Positions 60,788 through 64,000 of a DNA stretch of 64,000 nucleotides are shown here, one piece after another. The DNA comes from Hydrurus foetidus (taxonomy: Eukaryota). Positions within the stretch are counted from its first letter, which is position 1. Each line of letters starts with the position of its first letter. The position numbers and the translations under genes were made by a program. The notes beneath the pieces are model-generated. The model did not search any database. It saw nothing but the letters and a program-made list of their open reading frames with translations, and had not been told where the DNA came from. The stretch lies in assembly GCA_900617105.1 (NCBI GenBank), contig UYFQ01000202.1, forward strand, positions 1 through 64,000. Reading direction: 5' to 3'.

Positions 60788-63686
60788 CGGAGAGAGGAGA
60801 ATAGTGTAGAGGTTTGGCGCATACATTGCATCATAACAGAGAAATCATCCATATTCATTACAACGATCAAAATACTGTTCATCGTGGTCGATTTGCTGCC
60901 TATTCATAACAGTATAACAGAGGAGTGATGGGGGTAAGCAAAAGTGTCGTAGTGACATACCCTTCGTCTCCGGCATGGCCAGATATCCAAATACTGCCAT
61001 TGAGAAAGATATCGCGGCAAACACTATCATGCCTGAAACGCCATGTCCGGAGGAAGAGAGTGAGGGAGGGAGGGTAAAAGGAAGAGACCAAGTGAGTGAG
61101 AAAGAGAGTGAGAAAGGGGAGAAGGAAGGGGGAAAGAAGGACAAGAGGGAGCAAGAATGTGGACTAGGAAAGAAAGAGGGGTTGTGGTTGGAGGAAGAGA
61201 AGACTGTGGGGGCAATGGGGAGCTAGCCATGTACAGTAGGAGAAAGTGGAAGATAGAGGATGTAGGATAGGATAGACTGGAGGCTTAGTAGTACAAAGTA
61301 CCGTAACCTTGGGGATTAAAGATTTTAACAAACAGAGAGGAATGTGACATATAGGATGAGGCAGAGAGGGGATAACTCTGCTGAACAGATGCAGGGTAGC
61401 GACGTTTCATGTCGTTCGCTCAATCAGAGAGTGACGTGACGCACCAGCAGCTGTGTCGAAGCCGCTCTTCAGCCACACGTTCATCAGCAGCGCACTCAGC
61501 AAGGCAGAGGCAGCGTGACAAGCGGTAGTCACAGAAGAAATCTTCCCTCTTGCCCTGAAGATATGACGTGGGTGAGATGCGATGCGGACAATGTTCGGAG
61601 ATTAAGGAAGGCACTGGATGAGTGACCAGGAAGCCACTGTTCATAACAGGTGAATTTGAACGACTCGGCAGCAATAGTGGGCAATGCATGACCGGTTCAT
61701 GAATCATAAAATGGTAGAGACGCATGAGGCAACATTTGGATTACGCTTTCAAAGGTCGCCTCTCAAGTACTTGTCTCAACCTTTTTACAGAACAAATCAC
61801 ACAGACCAATGAAGCTCTCAGCTCTTACGATCGCAATGCTTGACATGCAATACGATGATGATCCACACACGACTGTAATTGAAGAAACCAACAATTTGAA
61901 TATTTCTTGAAACTACCGCAGATTCAATATACTGGCAATTGACAACATTGGATATCAGTCTACCTGAAAGGAAATAATTCGGCTGGCAGGACCCAACAGA
62001 TCAGCCCGACTGAAAAGGAGTAGGAGAAAGAAAACAAGCACAGGAAGGCTCCGAACAGAAAGCGCAGTACGTAGGAAGGAAAATATATTTCTGCTCTCCC
62101 TTCATCCAGCCCCCCTAAAGGAAAATAAAAAGAAGAGGAAAAAGGAAGAAGTAAAGAAGAAGAAAAAAAAGAAGAATTCAACCAGTCATTAAGATGGTGT
62201 TCATTCGTCAAATTGGGAATACTGGTGAAGTTAATGTGTGGCAACCTCTAAAGGAGCGAAATGGATGAGTGAAGAGACCAAGTGAGGGAGGGAAAAGAAA
62301 GTGAGGGAGTGAGGGAAGAAAGAAGGGGGTATGAGGGACAGGGAGAAGAAAGAAAGTGAGAAAAGGAAGAGGGATGCACTATGATGTCTACGGCTGATCT
62401 GAGAACATGCAGGGCATCAATTTTACAGCATAGAACAGAACAGAACAGAACAGTGCAGCGCAGAACAATATAATGTAATAGTGCAGAGCAACATTACGTT
62501 ACAGAACTTATAAATGGTGCCAAACAACATTACAGAATAGTACAGTGCAGTACATCAGTTACGCAGAGCAGAACAAAAGAGCAGGGCAGAGCAGAAAGGA
62601 CTCACCCACATAGACACACGTGGCCGCTCCAATCCAACTAATGCCCATACTGCAACATCCAAAGATGAGAATGAATCTTCTGCCCCATATGTCGATGTGC
62701 GCTAGTCCTAAGAATGTTCCTAACAGGGCTGCGATGTACGCTAGAGATAATCCCAACAGAATGCTGTGGACATTTATCAGCTGGAGAAAATCGGATCCGA
62801 ATGTCGTGATGATGTTTATGCCCAGCATTTGCTGGGAGAGTTGCATCAAGCAGCAGACGAAGAGTCGGTATCGAATCGTCTTGGAGGAGAGGATGTCTGT
62901 CCAGCTTTCCCCTAGTCTCGCATCGGAAGACAGTGCGAGGTAGATGTCGTTGAACTCTCGACTGACATCATTCGTTCTTCTCAGCTGACGCATCGACTCC
63001 AGGCACTCAGCAGGTGTGTGCAGTGCGAGAAGCCATCTAGGTGACTCAGGCAATAGCAGCAGCACACCCGCCTTGATCATCAGCACTATCACCGGCACTG
63101 TCAAACAGACGCGCCAACCTATCGCATAGCTCCTCAGAAGATAGAAGAGAAGCCCTGCCATCAAACTCCCAGTAATTGTCGTCAATCCAAGCATACCGAT
63201 CGTATAGCCCCTGTGAGCCGTAAGGGCGATTTCACTTGTGTAGACTGGTGATGTCGATAACAGAACCCCCAAAGCCCATCCGACAAAAAATCGAGACGTC
63301 AAAAAATCCGCTCCTGATGTCGTCAGTACATTCCAAGTAATTGCAAAGATGCATATGATGGACGTATATATCAAAGTTGTTTTTCGACCAAAGATGTCAG
63401 AAAAAGGGAAACTCATTAGAGATCCCAGAATCTCTCCAGCATAGAAGAGCATGATAAACCGATCAGAAAATTTGGAGTCATTGTGACGGTACATCTCCTG
63501 TAGAAATGCATTATCTACCAACATCATTCCAGACAGAGTTGTTAAGAATCCTTGTACTAGCCCGGAGAGGGACCCAAAAATTGAAACAATAGTCAAATAG
63601 TCATCCCTTGATATTTTCCTGAGATTCTGATCGATAGAATCCATTGGCGACAAAGAGAGTAGGAAACTGAATCGATTTCGAGACAT
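59977..63686 (-). CDS. MFS sugar porter family transporter, 5 exons
   Basis: SDIFGRKT, RFFVGW, PVYTSEIA..HRG, WR, LPESPRWL, QLSQQMLGIN, DIWGRR, WVLPAELFPFRARG, PETKGLMLEDM. Exons 63686-62606, 62114-61964, 61554-61445, 61032-60961, 60722-59977. Confidence 0.93.
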
Positions 63687-64000
63687 GGCAACTTTGGCTG
63701 ACTTGAATTGTCTAAATTGCAGAACTTCGCAACTATGTCAGGAATAACTTCTGCAACTGATTCTCATTAAGGCATTTCGCGAGCATATGCTATGCAGATA
63801 CCTCTCGAAATAATTTGCAATTGGAATCGAGGTGCTGCCAACGATGGAGCTCGTTAGATTCTCCTCGACGACTCTACTGGAATGATGCTCGAAGCTCCAG
63901 CTCGAAGGTACCCTGATACCTGATAACTAACCAGCAACAAACTCGAACTATTACAGTGTATACCCGTACCCGTACCCCGTACGGTACAGGACACAGTCCA

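Noticed and set aside
63956..64000. Possible element end (TACCCG repeats) at the window edge
   Set aside because: Too little sequence to evaluate.

Overview
Eukaryotic nuclear DNA, most likely from a plastid-bearing stramenopile (inferred from a TlyA with a bipartite-type leader, spliceosomal introns and stramenopile-like Copia elements). The left part (1-24.8 kb) is TE-rich. It holds a truncated minus-strand Copia whose LTR is nested in another Copia fragment, a decayed element, two MITE families, intronless tlyA and 1190-aa HEAT/Cnd1-like genes, a full-length but degenerate Copia (LTRs 15555-16396 and 22823-23492, near-perfect 5-bp TSD) and a gag relic. A 3.3-kb (CCTGA)n array follows, then two orphan 3' exons and a 5-exon CSPP1/CCDC66-like coiled-coil gene. 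At 36.2-43.1 kb is a near-identical 3041-bp tandem repeat in A-B-A-B-A form, where each ~800-bp A segment (TG...CA) carries an intron-containing tRNA-Arg(ACG) gene; this is the most unusual structure seen. The right part holds an 11-exon TRM1 with a PIF/Harbinger transposon (intact DDE transposase) inserted ~47 bp upstream of its ATG, a Na+/H+ exchanger, a small hypothetical gene and an MFS sugar porter. All calls were made by eye; no database searches were run.
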